Origin: Moniliella sp. 'wahieum'
Lineage: Eukaryota
Assembly (NCBI GenBank): GCA_003971905.1
Contig: RSEE01000044.1
Span: 186,001 to 250,000 of the forward strand
DNA length: 64,000 nucleotides
Direction: 5' to 3'
Every line of letters begins with the position of its first letter. The stretch's first letter is position 1. The notes below the pieces were generated by a model, which saw only the letters and a list, made by a program, of their open reading frames with translations, had not been told where the DNA came from and did not search any database. The position numbers were made by a program, and so were the translations under genes. This document shows positions 50,066 to 63,329 of the stretch, piece by piece.

Positions 50066-50583
50066 CTGAACCGAGACGGACGATTCGTTTTGCATATATC
50101 CCCTCCCCCTCCCTTTCAAGCTTCAACTTGCCCCCTTTCCCCCTCGTGCCCCCTCTCGCCGGGCTTTCGCCGCCCTAGTAACGTGGGCACTTCCCTTCAT
50201 TAATCTTCATTCTAACGTGCTCGACCAGATGGTGATGATGGCTTCAAAGGCACTGCGCCGATGCCGAGAAGTGTATTTGTTCCGTAGAACTACTTTTCCG
50301 TAAGCAGTTAACCCGCTGACGCGGGAGGGTAGTCGTGTTGGTCTTCGAATAACTGAGATGGAACAGTCCCTGGGATCCCTTAATTGCGTCCCAACTGGTT
50401 ATCGACGGGTTGGTCAAAGGTAGTCTTTCCAGGCATTCGCATGACGTTAAACTTCCTATTCCCTAAAAAGGAGCACCCGCACCCAGCAGCGCGGTCCCGT
50501 CTCCTAGCGGAGCACGAGCGGGAAGCGATACCAACTGCACCCCTTTCGAAAGTGGGATGTGTCATAGATGCATCAATCCTCTT

Positions 50584-52459
50584 TTATCTTCCGGCTCTGC
50601 CTATTTTTCGCCATGTGACCTGCCACAAAGTGAGACGATACGCCCTTGTCGCGCCCTCGGTCTCGCTGTCATTCCCCCCTAATCCATCGATCCTCATCCC
50701 CCACGACTGGGCGAGAGAAGACAGCAGCCTGGTACGGGGGAGGGGGGGATGGTTCAGGTTCGGGTTCGGGTTGAGGCCCAGGTTCTGGTCCTGGTTCTGA
50801 TCTTGGTTCTGGTTCTGACTTAAAACCAGCCACCGGTCCACGGCACTACGCTGCGATGACGACAAGCCTGCCGCCATTGAATAGTTGGGCAGACTCACAT
50901 AGTCCTCGGCCGTAAGTGAGTGTCCAAGTGTAATGGGAGTCTCAAGCACAATGTCAAACAACTTGCCCTGCGTATCCAGTCGCTTGACACGGAACACGAT
51001 TCGGATGAAATGGGTAACCTTCAGACTGGACGCCTTGTGCGTCGAGGACAGGTTGATTTCACCCTTGGGTATGGTCAGGGAAAAGCCGCCTCCCAGGGAC
51101 CGAGCGGATCCAGCGTGTGCGCTATCACTTCATCCGATGCGTCGGGGTAGAGGTAAGGTTGGATAGTATCGAGACAGGAGGAGGGGAAAAGGGTGCCTTC
51201 GCCACCCAACTTGAGCAAAGACCAACGTCGAGGCGGCTCATGTCGCACCGCTTGCGGCTTGTGATACGACGTTCGTTCTCCACTGCCACACTCAACCGCA
51301 TCACAGCCACCTTGGCCTGGGGCACAAACTTGATCCATAGCGGGAGCCGGGAGCCGATCGCAAACGCGCGTCCGCTGACCACAGCCATATAGGAAACGCA
51401 TCTTCCCATGTCCTTTGGACCACGATCGGATCCAGAGTTTCGTCGTCGTGAGCCTGGACCAGCGTTACCTCCCGCTCCGACGTGATATTGGGTGTGAGAG
51501 CGCCCCACACGCTCCACAGTGGCCTTGAGCACGTACTTGTTCCACCCCGTACCAGTGTGAAGCGTGGGCGGAAGCCCTCCAGGAAGAGATAGGTTGATTG
51601 GGAAGTTTATAGGAGCCTGTCCATGTCAGCTTTGATCCATTGCACAGCAGATTGTATACATAGGTCATGTCAGGAGAAAGAACGGAAGAGACGTACCAGG
51701 ATTGAAAAGGCGACTGTCCACCTCCTTCTCTTTTTCCTTGTCCTTGTCCTTGTCCTTCTCCCACGGCCGCAATATCCCGCTCAATGGCTTAGTCGTGGTC
51801 TTTGACGAGGCTGGGGAGGTAGCAGACTCTGGTCGAATGCTCCCTATGGCGATCAGGAAGGACGATTCGGGCGGGGCGAGAGCCATCTTCGGGAGGGGGG
51901 TCGTACGAGTAGGAAGGTGGGGGCGGGGCGGGGAAGTACTCCAATTCCCCTGGTGTTTCCAACAGGGACGTAGAAGCTGTGGTGGAGGTGCCGGATGTAG
52001 GGGGAAGTGAGCTGCGACGAGAAACACTCATACTGCGTGCCCGGCGGGAGATCCTGTTGCGTAGCCCCTTTCCCACAACAGGAGATTCCTCCTCCCTCTC
52101 GTTTTTGTGCTCAAGCGGATCGCCACTCCTCTTCGGTGACCGCTCTACCGGCTGGGCATCCCGCGCAGAAAACAGGGTAACGGTCAAGTTCAATAAGGGT
52201 TGGTCATGCGTCAAGTCCAGGTGGGCGCCATGTGCAGTTGTATCGGGCCAAATGGAGTGCGAGGTGCCGGTCAGGGCAACCTTGATGGAGCGAATCTTGG
52301 TTGAACGCGCACAGTGCAAGGTCAAGAGCGCGCGGACCTGCGCTCCGCTCGTAGGGTTGCCGGCCTGGGTGGCCGGGGACGGAGCCGACGAAGGAAGGGC
52401 ATGCCGGAGAAAGACGGCAGGCTCAAGGTCTGTAGCTTGAGGGTGGTCGAAGGCGCCAT
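50584..52459 (-). CDS. Alpha-arrestin (ART/Rod1-like ubiquitin-ligase adaptor)
   Basis: LTLHCARSTKIRSIKVALTG, EREVTLV..IVVQRTWED..SYMAVVSGRAFAIGS.LPL.IKFVP, VTHFIRIVFRV, FDIVLETPITL; PPPSY and LPNY PY-type motifs; ends uncertain. Confidence 0.8.
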
Positions 52460-52781
52460 TCCCTGCGCGTCAGTCGCGATCGCGCGGTAGAAGCGTGCCG
52501 AGGAGGGGGTGGGGGTAGCGGCGGCGGTGGTGGTGGTGGTGGGGCAGAAACGGGGCGCGGTGGTGCTGGCACAGCCCAGTGCCCTGGTACCGGCGTGCGC
52601 TCGGGGATGTTACGCGTTACTCATGCTGCGTCTCGGATACAAGGTGATTTGGATTGTCAGTCATGTGCTTCCCATTATTAGCGTTATGGTACCCGCTTCG
52701 CACACCAACACGGCCCTCTTCGCACTATCAGACTATCAGCGCAGCGTCCAGCCCAATGTTCAACCCAATCTCGATTGATTT

Positions 52782-55700
52782 TTACCGCCGCGCCTTCTAC
52801 CCTTCTTGCCCTTCTCCGCCTTGGGCGCCGCCTTGGGCTTCTTGGTCCCCTCTCCTCCTCAAGCGGAGCAGAGCGCTTGACACTCAGTGTCGAGTTCCCG
52901 CCTTGGAGGACCGCACACGCGCCTCCGCCTCGCTCCAATCGCCCTCTTGATCGATGCGGTAGCGGTCGAGATGCAGCTGCGAGAGCAGCTGGCGTTGCTG
53001 CTCACGGGTTTCCTTGCTCTTCTCTTCCTTTTCCGCGGTCTCTCTCCTCCTCTTCCTCCTCCTCCTCTTTCTCCTCCTCCTCCTCTTTCTCCTCCTCTTC
53101 CTCCGCGTCCTCCAAAGTACCCTGGCGCGCGGCAACAGGAGCATGGGCCTTCATCCCCAGCTCCTCCTGGATCGACGGAACGTTCTCTTTCACCTCCAAT
53201 CCAGTCTCGAGCGACTGAAGAATGACGTTCCGCTGCACCAGGCGGAGAGAGGCGACGATTTGGCGGATGCCCTGGGTGAGGAGGGAGGTGAGCTGGCTCT
53301 GGTCAAGCAGAAGCTCGGCACTAACCTCAGACAGCTCTTTCCTCTGCAGCCCAATAGCCAACAGGGCTGTGCTCTGGACAGCAGAGAGGATGAGTCTGCC
53401 TTCTCCGAGGGATTGCGAAGACGTCCACTAAAGTACACCTCGGCCACCTTGGGGAACAAGTCGGTGACAAGATAAGGCTCCGCCATGTTCTCTGCGTATG
53501 ACTCGAGCCGTTTCAGGTCAAAGGGGGAGAAAAACAGGGTGACCTCATCGGCAGTCAAGGGCTTGCCGGGGCAACCGCCGCCTGCAACACTTGGTACGCC
53601 AGCGTGGCAGCAAAGGCACGGAAACGGTAACCCAGTAACTGAGAGAAGCGACGGAAGTCCTCGGCATATGCGGGCAACCAGCTACCCTCTTCCTCCATCA
53701 CAGGGCCGACTTGGACACAGGTAAATTCCCCCGTTTGGGCTGCGGGCGTCTGGCGCACATACAACGGCGTCAGCCCCAACTTCCTCCAGAACCGGAAGAG
53801 CGTGGCTGACAACCCATAGGACACACCCAGCCAATCAACCGCCTCAGGCCGCGTCTCATGCAGGTGCTGCAACAGCGGTGGCAGCTTGTCGCCCGTGCGC
53901 ACTGCCACCTCGTCTCCGACTGAGTTGGGCTGGCAGGGCTTCCTTGGCCAACAACGCATCCGCATCCAGTAAATTCCCTGGTAAAATTGCCGGAGGAGAT
54001 GCATGGCGCGTGTTGCATACCCCATCCGGGCATAGTCGGGGTGCGTTGCAATCCGCACCACCCTCGCCCCTGACAACTGGGCAAAGTCCGAGTCCTGGTA
54101 ATAAGAGGAAATGAGCCAAGGGATCAAGTCGCCCCGCCTCTCGCGTACCGCGGGCCAAACCAGAGAGGATGGCGTCACGGGCCAGCGCGCCTTCGAGCGC
54201 GACCTGTACACACACAACACCTCGACCCCCTTACCCATTGGAAGGGTCAAGGAGGACAAACAGTCGTTGCCCCGGTGCATCCGAAAGAAGCTGCATGTCG
54301 TTCGGCGAGTTCTTGTAGTGCCCGCCCACATAGAGCGCCATGACGTCTTGCAAAAACTTCTCCGAAGTGGGGTGGAAGGAGAAGAGAGCGTCTCGATTAA
54401 CTTGGAACAACTGGCACTGGCTCGGATGCGGTGCCGTCTTGCCCTTGCGCTGACTTTAGCGTCGAGGCAGAGGAGCTGGGTAGCCATTGCTCGACCGGGT
54501 CCCCGGCCGCATACCGAATCGGGTCGGTCATGTGCACTCCTTGAGCTGGCGTGTGTGTACGGCCGTGGAAAGCTTGCCCTTGGTAAGCTTGAGGTGCGTT
54601 CCACTCTCCTGGTCCAGACCAAGGCCAGCGACCGTCTCCCCTCCCTCGTTGCCAGCAGCCTGGCGCAGTTGCTCCAACAGTTGAGGGAGAGACTGCGGCC
54701 CGTTCCTTCGTACCCTGAGATCGTAGAGGAAAGGAAAACAAGGTACTGGCCCTGCCCCATCAACTCACGCACAATCGGCAAGGGAATCGCGCCGCTTCAT
54801 CGATCACGACCAACTCGGCATTGTAGCCCAAGAGCGCAGCGTCGTCCGGAGAGATATACTGAACCACTTGCTTGTTCTGGCCTTGCCCCGCCGCGGTACG
54901 TTGAACGTTGACGCGCAAGATGGTGTCTTTCAGCTCGGTCCCTGGAGCGCCCTTGACCAGACTCCAGTCCGCGCCTTCGTTGTACCCGAGCGCAGTAAGT
55001 CCCTTGACCAGGAACTGGAAGAGCGTCGGACGTTCTGGGGACTGGGCGAGGTACAAGACGTTTGCATACCCATATGCAATCGAGGCTGTGATAGCCAGGC
55101 CCAGGCGGCCGACTTGCCTCGTCCACGAGCGGCCGTCAGGGCAAAGGTGGTGCTGAGGTCGCCCCCACTAGCGGCGGAGAGGAATGTCAAGCATGGTGAG
55201 CATGGCAAGTCCCTGGTCGTGTGTAGGCAGCCTGAGCGAGCAGGTCAGACACTACCTGGGTCCCGGCCACGTCAGAGCGAAGTTGGGCCAGTTGAGCCTT
55301 GCGTTCTTTTTGAGCATCTTCGAGCGGGGTGTCCATGGCGTGCTCGGGCTTAGGGGCCCGGCCAGAAAGGGACACCGGGAGGACATTGAGCTCGTCGTCG
55401 CATACCAGGGCGTTGGGGCACGCGCAAGGGACAAAAGGAACCGCTCGTTGAAGCGTGCGACCGGCTCGTCGTCCGTCGCGGAAGAGCGGTACTTGGCGTG
55501 GACGTCCATGCTGAGATTGTACAACTGGCGCAGACTGCTCATCGTCTTGAGCAAGAAGACGATTACTCCCCGCCTTCGACCGTCTCAATGGTTCGGGCGA
55601 GGAGGTTGGGGTCAAGGCCTCAAAATCCTGGAGGACGAGCATGCCATAGGTGTTACCGAGGATTTTGTCCGAGTCCTTGTAGTAGCGGTAGGAGATGTCG

Positions 55701-56002
55701 GTGACGCCAACAAAGAGAGCAAAGGGATCGGCAGCGAGTCTTCTTTGTTCTTGGAACCTTTCTTGAGTGCGCGCTTAAGCTCACGCTCGCGCTTTTGGCG
55801 GTGGCTGCTGAAGCCAAGCTCCTTGCGGTAGCACCACAGTACCGACGGCCGAGCGGAGACACGGGTCTGAGAGAGGAAATAGTGCAAGTTGACGACTGGT
55901 CGCGCGCATGATCGCCGACCAGGACAAAGATGGAGCGCTGCCGGTGGCAACGCCGCTGCGGATGAGAGCGGGGATGCGCTCGTCGAGCTGCTTGCGCACC
56001 AT
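52782..56002 (-). CDS. KRE33: RNA cytidine acetyltransferase Kre33/NAT10
   Basis: MVRKQLDERIPALI, RPSVLWCYRKELGFSSHR, LVLQDFEALTP, RFNERF, LTAARGRGKSA, ELVVIDEA, GYEGTGRSLSL, HYKNSPNDMQL, GARVVRIATHP, PFDLKRLESY. Confidence 0.97.
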
Positions 56003-57186
56003 GGGAGGGGGTGTTCGTGGGGGAGCTCAACAGGCCCCTGCAAGTACAGCATCCTAAAAAAAAATACTCGGGCCGCGGACAGCCAGCTGAGACCCGCCTC
56101 ATTCCGCCCATTCCGCTGCTTCGGTGCAAACGCCCCGCGTAAAGTACACTCCCAGCCCCTGCACCCTCCCTCTCCCCGCCGCGCAGGCACGCCCACTGCC
56201 GCAACCCCCGGAACACCACACAAACCCTCGCAACCACGAGTCGGTGCTTGCCGCGTCCCCCGTCTCGTGGCCTCTTCGACCAGGACACCAAGGCCAAGCC
56301 ACTGCTTTGGGAAGGATGTGTGTTATTGAAAGCCCCCCCCCCAGCTTCGCCCCGGCGAATCCTCCATTGCTCCCCTCGTCCCATAAGTTCAACCGCCTTC
56401 AACACGGACACCGCCGCACCCTTGCATTAACATTGCTCTCCACCGTTTTGGCCCCGCGCCCTGTTTCATTGGCACGATGATGATGAGTCCATTCTTAGGC
56501 TAGCGATCGGAACGATCTCTGTTTAACGCGAGCGAGAGCGGGCACCTACCTACTTTGAGCGAATAAATAGTTTAAGTTGAAGGGAACCACTAGTGCCTTG
56601 CTCAGTGGGCCACTGGTCACAGATACTGGTGACCGGTTGAGACCAGGTATATTGGTGCCACGCTTCATGCTGCTTCTCAGCCAGACGTCAGAAACAGAGA
56701 AGCCTCGGCTCGTATTCCCCTCGTCAGTTACTGTGCCGCATCCCGCAAGCTGAATGGAGACAGAAGGAATCGGGTGGAGAGACTCGCTGGGGAAGGAAAA
56801 AATCCAACGTTCAGGTGGTGTTGAACGTTGACCGGTGACCGTTGAGGGTTGAGAACGTTAGGAGGACGTTGGGACGTTGAGGTCGATCAGCTTCGTGCGC
56901 AGCACACTGGGAAGACCGGTTCAAGCAAACCAGTGCAGTGGTGGATGCACACGTGTAGACTTCAGAGGGAAGAGGAGGGACAAAGGGTGATGGAGGTGAT
57001 CAAGCGCGTCTTAGCACACACACCCTACCTGGGCTGTCAGACCGCCACTGGCGCCACGACATTGCTTACCTAATTGTAGCTTTGTCCAGCCTGCCAGTGC
57101 GCCCGCTATCCCCATGAAGCCTCACGCCTTACGCCTTGGGCCTTGAGGCCTTACTGGTTACCACTCGCCCGGATCCTTCCCCCACC

Positions 57187-58959
57187 ATGCCGGGCAATAC
57201 GCCGAGGTGCCCGGGGAGGAGTATGAGCTCCCGAGACACACGTGCTAGCCCACTCCCAGTCGGTCCAGTCTGCCGACAGCGGGCCGGGGCAGGCGGCCGT
57301 CTGCGTCACGCGCCCGACGAGGCGAGATGGGCGGGAGATAACCGTGTCGATGCCTCCTGATCTGGCCAAAGGCAAGTCAAGCACAGACCGAGTCGACCCA
57401 GCGGAGCAGCGCCAGCACCGAACTTTTTCGCGTCACCTTCAGGCCCATCTGGCTCGCTGGGCACTGCTTGTGCTCGTTCTACTCCTCTTCCTCCTCGTCG
57501 TGGTCGCCCTCGGGCTCGTCGGCAGAGAAGCTGCGTGCTAAGCTCAAGGGTGCCGCACAAGGGTGGGGATACACTATCGCACCCAACGCTCGCATTCTTG
57601 CCCACACCGCACCACAGTACGAAGACGCTTTCAACCCCGACGATCTCACCTTGACCGAAGAGGAGTGCGATGCCTATTTCCCCGGCCTGTGGAAAGAAGT
57701 GGATCGGAGTGTGGCGTACTACACTAAGCACCGTATGTGCCCCCCTCTTCCCAATTCCTTCCATTCTGTGTTTTACTTCTTTGCTTGTTGAGTGTGTGGG
57801 TGGCAAAGCTCTGACGTGAAGACAGGTTGACAAAGAGTACCTTGAGATTTCGTGCGACGACCCCGACATGACCCATATGCGCGTCAAGATCTACAGCAAC
57901 CGGCTTTACATCCGGACCTACACCCAATCGGACTTTTCTCGAACCCAAGCCACCTTGGCGCTCCTGCAGCAGTCCATCATCACAGCCCGGGAGCCGCTTC
58001 CCAACGTGGAATTTTGCATTGGCGTGCAAGACTGGCCTGGGCAGGGCAAGTTTAGTCTGGACCGACCCCCGGAGATGGAAGATGTGTGGCTTATGCCGGA
58101 TTACGCGTTTCTCACCTGGCCCGAGCACGTGGGTACCTACCACGACATTCGACACCGCATCGAGGCAGTGGAGCAGGCCATGCCGTGGGAGAAAAAACTG
58201 CCACGATTGATGTGGCGCGGCTCGATGGCCGTTGGTACCGCCGATCGCGAAGCGATGGCCAAGGCAGCTCAGGGGTACCCTTGGAACGACATTGAGCCTG
58301 TGGATTGGGATACCCGAAATGGAATTAAAATGGAAGACCACTGCAAGTGGAAGTTCCAGCCTTTGCCGATGGAAACTCGTACAGGTACGTCCCCATCTTT
58401 CGTCTTCTTTGCCCCTTGTCTTCCCCTTCGTGTTGGCGGTCGTTCTTCAAGCAAACTCGGGGCAGAGGAAAGGCTTAGGAAAAGGTGCTAATCGCGTTTG
58501 GATGCAGTGGTCGACTCTTGTACCTGCAAAACTGCAAGACGGTCATTATCACCCACCGGCCGCGCTGGTTGCAGCACTGGACCCATCTGTACAACAGCGA
58601 CTGGTCCTCGGACGAGCAAAACATTGTCCTCGTTCCCGAACCCACCGAAGCGCCCCTGGCGACCGAGGATGGGTACCTGATCGAAGATGACAACCGTCTG
58701 TGGCAACGCTTGCCCGAAACAATGGAAAGGCTGTTGCAGAACGATGAGCAGGCCAAGCGGATTGCTGCCAACCAATGGACATTTTTCCGCAACCGCTACG
58801 TGTCCCCCGCGTCGGCGGCATGTTATTGGCGTAAGGCCATCAAGGGCTACGGCTCGGTTCAAAATTTTACGTCGACCTGTCCGGGACGGAAACGTCGTAC
58901 GAGTCCTGGGTCACCAAGGGAGGAATGCGCGACAAACATGGCGCGAAGGCGTGCAATAA
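57187..58959 (+). CDS. Glycosyltransferase family 90 (CAP10/Cxt1/KDELC-like), type II membrane protein
   Basis: N-terminal TM segment. LTLTEEECDAYFPGL, EPLPNVEF, WLMPDY, PWEKKLPRLMWRG, MEDHCKWKF, SGRLLYLQNC, AKRIAAN..FRNRYVSPASAACYWR; two introns; end approximate. Confidence 0.88.
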
Positions 58960-59099
58960 GCTATGGGGTCCAAAGGAAGGGCGGGGCTGCGGCGCGTAGT
59001 CCGATCCATTGCGCTTGGCTGAAGCTTGAAACATCATGAAAATGGCTGAAGAGAATGGGATGATGCATGCGTGGTAACGTAGCCAATAAGTGACAGCGC

Positions 59100-59501
59100 T
59101 TAGTTGCCCCCACGCAGCGCAAGTACCAACTGCGTGACAACAAATAGGTGAGTGGGAGCGAGCCTAACAGAGTGGGGGAAGGGGGACGTACGTGGAGGGT
59201 GGTACCTCCTTCAACGTTCATTTCCTTGGCTGTTTTATCGTCCGGCCTGAAACGGTTAGCGATGCTGTGTAAGAGAGGCAGGTGGGGACATACATTTGCT
59301 TGCCGCTAAAGATGAGGCGTTGCTGCACAGGCGGGATGCCTTCTTTCTCCTCCACCTTCTCCTTGATGCGGCTGATCTTGTCTGTGGGCTCAATGTCCAG
59401 TTCGATCACTAGTCCCCCAGTGTGTCAATATAGCGCGTGGGAGATATCCAGGGGGGCTACAACGTACTGCGGCCAGTGAGGGTCTTGATCTTGATGAGCA
59501 T
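59100..59501 (-). CDS. NEDD8: Ubiquitin-like modifier Nedd8/Rub1 (three introns)
   Basis: [70 protein letters not shown]. Confidence 0.96.
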
Positions 59502-62500
59502 CGTGGCGAACGCTGGAGGTGGTGGTGAGATGTGTCCGACAACGAAAATGACGCTTGCAATTACGACCTTTCGCACCGCTTCCATTTCACATTTCAATTT
59601 CCTCCCTCTGGAGTATATGTGGCGTCGCCCTGCCACACACCCAGGTCAAAATATTGGGGGGGAGGGGGGGGACGGCCACCGTCGACCCCAAGTCCCACCC
59701 ATCGATCACAGGATGGAGTGGACTGGGAGGGAGCATGAGGGTGGATGGCAGTTACAACTTGGGTATGACATCCCGGATATAACTGCTGCCACAGCCAGTC
59801 CCTGCAGAGAGCTCACCGCAAACTGGTTCAGAATGCCACAGGCTCCAGCTCTCCGTACCCCGTGCCGGTCCTCGCGCAGCGAGTGCAAGTGGTCCCGTGT
59901 CCTTTTAAGAACTCATTGGTTGCACCCACTCGCACCCGCACCCACAGTCCAAGCTTAATGTATTGCACACGAGAGGCTGTACGGAGATCCTCAAGCTCGT
60001 ATGCTCCATCTCCCCGATACCCACATCCACAATGAGCTGACGGCTATGGATGCGGACTAGATAAAGTGTAGGAGGGCAAAGCGTGTATACAAGCAAGTGG
60101 TGGCGTCTGCAGCATCTGAGGATCAGGAATGCAGGTGGACCACATTGCGCGACTCGGGGGCACGAGGGACCACGGTTTGCGTATGCCGGAGGGGTGATAC
60201 ATATGAGAGAATCGCAAAGCTGTTGAACTTGCCGGAGAAGGAGCTGCTTCGTTAGAACAAGTAGCAAAAGAAACGCCAAAAAGTGCCAGGGGCCCACTTA
60301 AGAGCCTTTCTTTCCCTTGGTTATGAGGGCATGAGATACTACAGTATGCCACTAATACAGCGAGAAATGTCAGGGGGGCGACGATTAAGTCGCGCCACCT
60401 CCACTTCCTCATGTGTCGCTTCTCGCTTCTCGGCTTCTCTTCCTATCACTACTCACGTTTGCTATTCTTCGCTCTCGTGAGTCGGATTCTCAGCACATCT
60501 ACAAATCCATAACAAATCGTCTCTTCTCCGCTCGCGCTCGTCTAAAATCCAAACACTACACATGATTTCCACTCTCGCCTCGATTCTCGTCTCGGGTCCG
60601 CTTTGCCCTTGACCCTAGCCTCGTCTCTCACATCATGCCTCTTGCGCTTGGTCCTCACTTCTTCCCTTTGACTCGTTTCCTCTTTGCTGATGTAGACATG
60701 TTGGTCTTCCTTTGTTCTCTTTCTCTTCTATCAAACCTGCCTGTTCTTAGATCCAATTGTGATGGCCCAAGCCGCCCACCATTCTTGTCATAGTTTGGCT
60801 GATCTCGCTCCCATTTCCAATTTCTTCGTCTCGAGCGTCTCGCTCCTTCCCTGTTCCTTCCACTTCGCACCATGTCCTCTGTTCTTGCTTCTTCCCCACG
60901 AACGATTGCTACACCCCTTGGCCTAGTCCGATCCTGGTCTCCCTCGCCTTAGCCCCGACTGTGACAATTCTGATTCCTTCCTTTCCCCTTATTCATCCTT
61001 TTTCTAGGCAAACTCCACTCTGGAAGAGCCACCTTTCCAATCAGCTCGCTTGCCCTCCCTCTCCCATCGGGACTCTCCCGCTTTTTCGTCCGGCCCCTAA
61101 CGTGCAACCTCCCCGCGGACGCTGCCTGTGGCTCTGCCCGACGAACAGTAGAGCACTACTCACGACCCTCCAACGTTCACGCCAGTGCTCCTTGGTCTTT
61201 GGATATGAAACGCGTTCAGTCCTCTGTGAATCTTGTCCCGATGGGCAGGGAATGTCTCCGCCTGGGAAGCCAACAACCTCGTCACAAGAAAGATGTTTGC
61301 CTGGATGACCGTTGGCAAGAATTAACGGATGCATTTCATTGGAAATGTCGTTCACCACACGTTCACTCTCGTATCCACGCGCGCTATACATACATTCGGG
61401 TTCAAAGCGTCTGGAGGGCACTACAGGTCGTGACTTGCTGGTGACCCCCAACTGGTTTCCTAATTAGGTTGGGCGCCAACAAGCAGCACAGGCCAGATGA
61501 AAGGCAGGTTTAATATAGGGGCAGCGTTTCATGTCTCGTCAGGCGTAAACGCTCTGTGAATGATATGAAATGCAACAGGAGGGATTGTCATCGTGCGGAG
61601 AACCGACAAGTGAACTCTGACGTGGCACAAGAGGCGTTGACAGAAGGTCCCAATAAGGTAGAGGCTCTAATAAACAGGGTTCACAAAGGATGGGCAATGG
61701 ACTTCGATGTGTGGGGGGAGCCTCCGCGCTCGCGTGAGGAAGGATAGCGATTCGCTCGACCTATACGCTCGTCCTGTTCCAGGATTTTTTTCCCAGACCG
61801 ATTCCTCCAGTACCAGCGAGCCATATGGTGACTTCAACGTACTGTGCACAGTTGCCTTTCTTGGCGTATCCCAATACCTAGTATGACTTCCTATTTTGTA
61901 AGTAGATTTGGGAGAATGCGAAAGATATAGATTGATACAGTCTTGGCGCTTGGGAAGGATCAGGTGTGCATTAAAGGGTCACAAGCGGTGGATGATATCA
62001 AAAGGATAACGGAGCGGGTTCTCTGCCAGCAGGGATTGAACTGGAGGTACAGTGGAGCTTGTGGCTGTTGCGGCGAGAAGAGACAGGGAATGGTGGAAGA
62101 CTGAGAAGGAACTTCTGAATTATATATACTGGTCCGGTTTCATCCGAGTCCGACAGCGCAATACAGGATGAAAACGTTGCATTGAGCGTAAGCAGTATCC
62201 CGACGGGGGCGAAAGTGGGCGTCGCCTCTTCTCATATTCCCAATGAGGAAGAAGCCAGTTGAACCTACACGATGTGTGGTGAGAGGCAAGAACAAAAGGA
62301 GGCCGGGAAAACTCAATGTAATGTATAGTGTGAAGGGCCTCTATAGAAGCAGAGACCTGCAATGGCGACGGCAGGTGGTATAGGCTTACGCCCCATATAC
62401 CACACACCCCTTAACGGAAGAGAGCCAACGATCCCGAAAGCAGGCCCAGATATACACGTGTGAACTTCGAACGCCAACAAAAGAAGGCAAAACAGGGTAT

Positions 62501-63329
62501 ACAAAACCCGTGACATATGTCTGCAATTGGAAGGTCCCACAACACAAGGAAGTCATCATGGCCTCTTCTTGGCCTGCCATGTAAAAATGTACCGCGGTTT
62601 TTTGCCTTTGCGGGTGCATGAACGAGATAAACTGTTGGTCCTTTATACTCCGGTTTGTACCTTTGGACCACCATCGTACCTCGATGAGGAGACCTCATCG
62701 ACCATTAGCCTCATCCCTCTTCCTCCATTTGTTTGCCCTTCCGCAGCCTGGGACAGTTCAGACAGCCACACCGTAGTCGCCACCACCTCCCCTCGAGGAG
62801 AGCAATTATTACCCATTCCATCGAGGATGGTCAATGCGTGAGAAACAACCAACATGCTCTTTGAGCTAGACAGGCACGCGGCTCAGTGTTGAGCCACGGG
62901 GTTGTGCAATGGCTCGTGCTTCTGGCCAAGGTCTTTTATGAAGGTCTTTTCAGATCCTATTCAGGCCTAGGAGCATATCGATATGGGTTCTTCTCCCGTT
63001 TGCCTTCCTTTTGTTCCATCCCGTCCCGACGGTTGCGCGGCCTGGATAACTAATGGCATGCTGAAGCGTCGATGTCCCGGCAGGTGTTTGGTTGGGTTTA
63101 AGACCACCACCATCTCACCATTGCACCAATGGTTCGATTGTGTTACCCTCTATAGCCCCCAGGTCGCGTCGTCGGCGCCCAAATCATGCATGCCTGGATA
63201 GCTGTGACTGGTGGTTGGTTGCTGGGGACCGGGGAGGGGATGCCGATGCCGATGAGGCCATGAGCATGTCACACCCATGCCTGCCATGCAGCCATGGCAT
63301 ACAACGGATGACGTTGTGTTTGTAACGCC

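Noticed and set aside
50229..50360. C/D snoRNA candidate (GTGATGA...CTGA)
   Set aside because: Better explained as a last exon or 3' UTR of the upstream gene after a CTAAC..CAG acceptor. No convincing guide sequence.
56474..56560. C/D snoRNA candidate starting at ATGATGA upstream of KRE33
   Set aside because: No nearby CTGA D box or terminal stem, and the rRNA complementarity is imperfect.
61953..61962. TGATCCTTCC (minus strand), complementary to the 18S rRNA 3' end, as a possible U13/snR45 guide near NAT10
   Set aside because: Only 10 nt. The second guide (CTTGTTAC) and properly placed C/D boxes were not found, so chance is sufficient.
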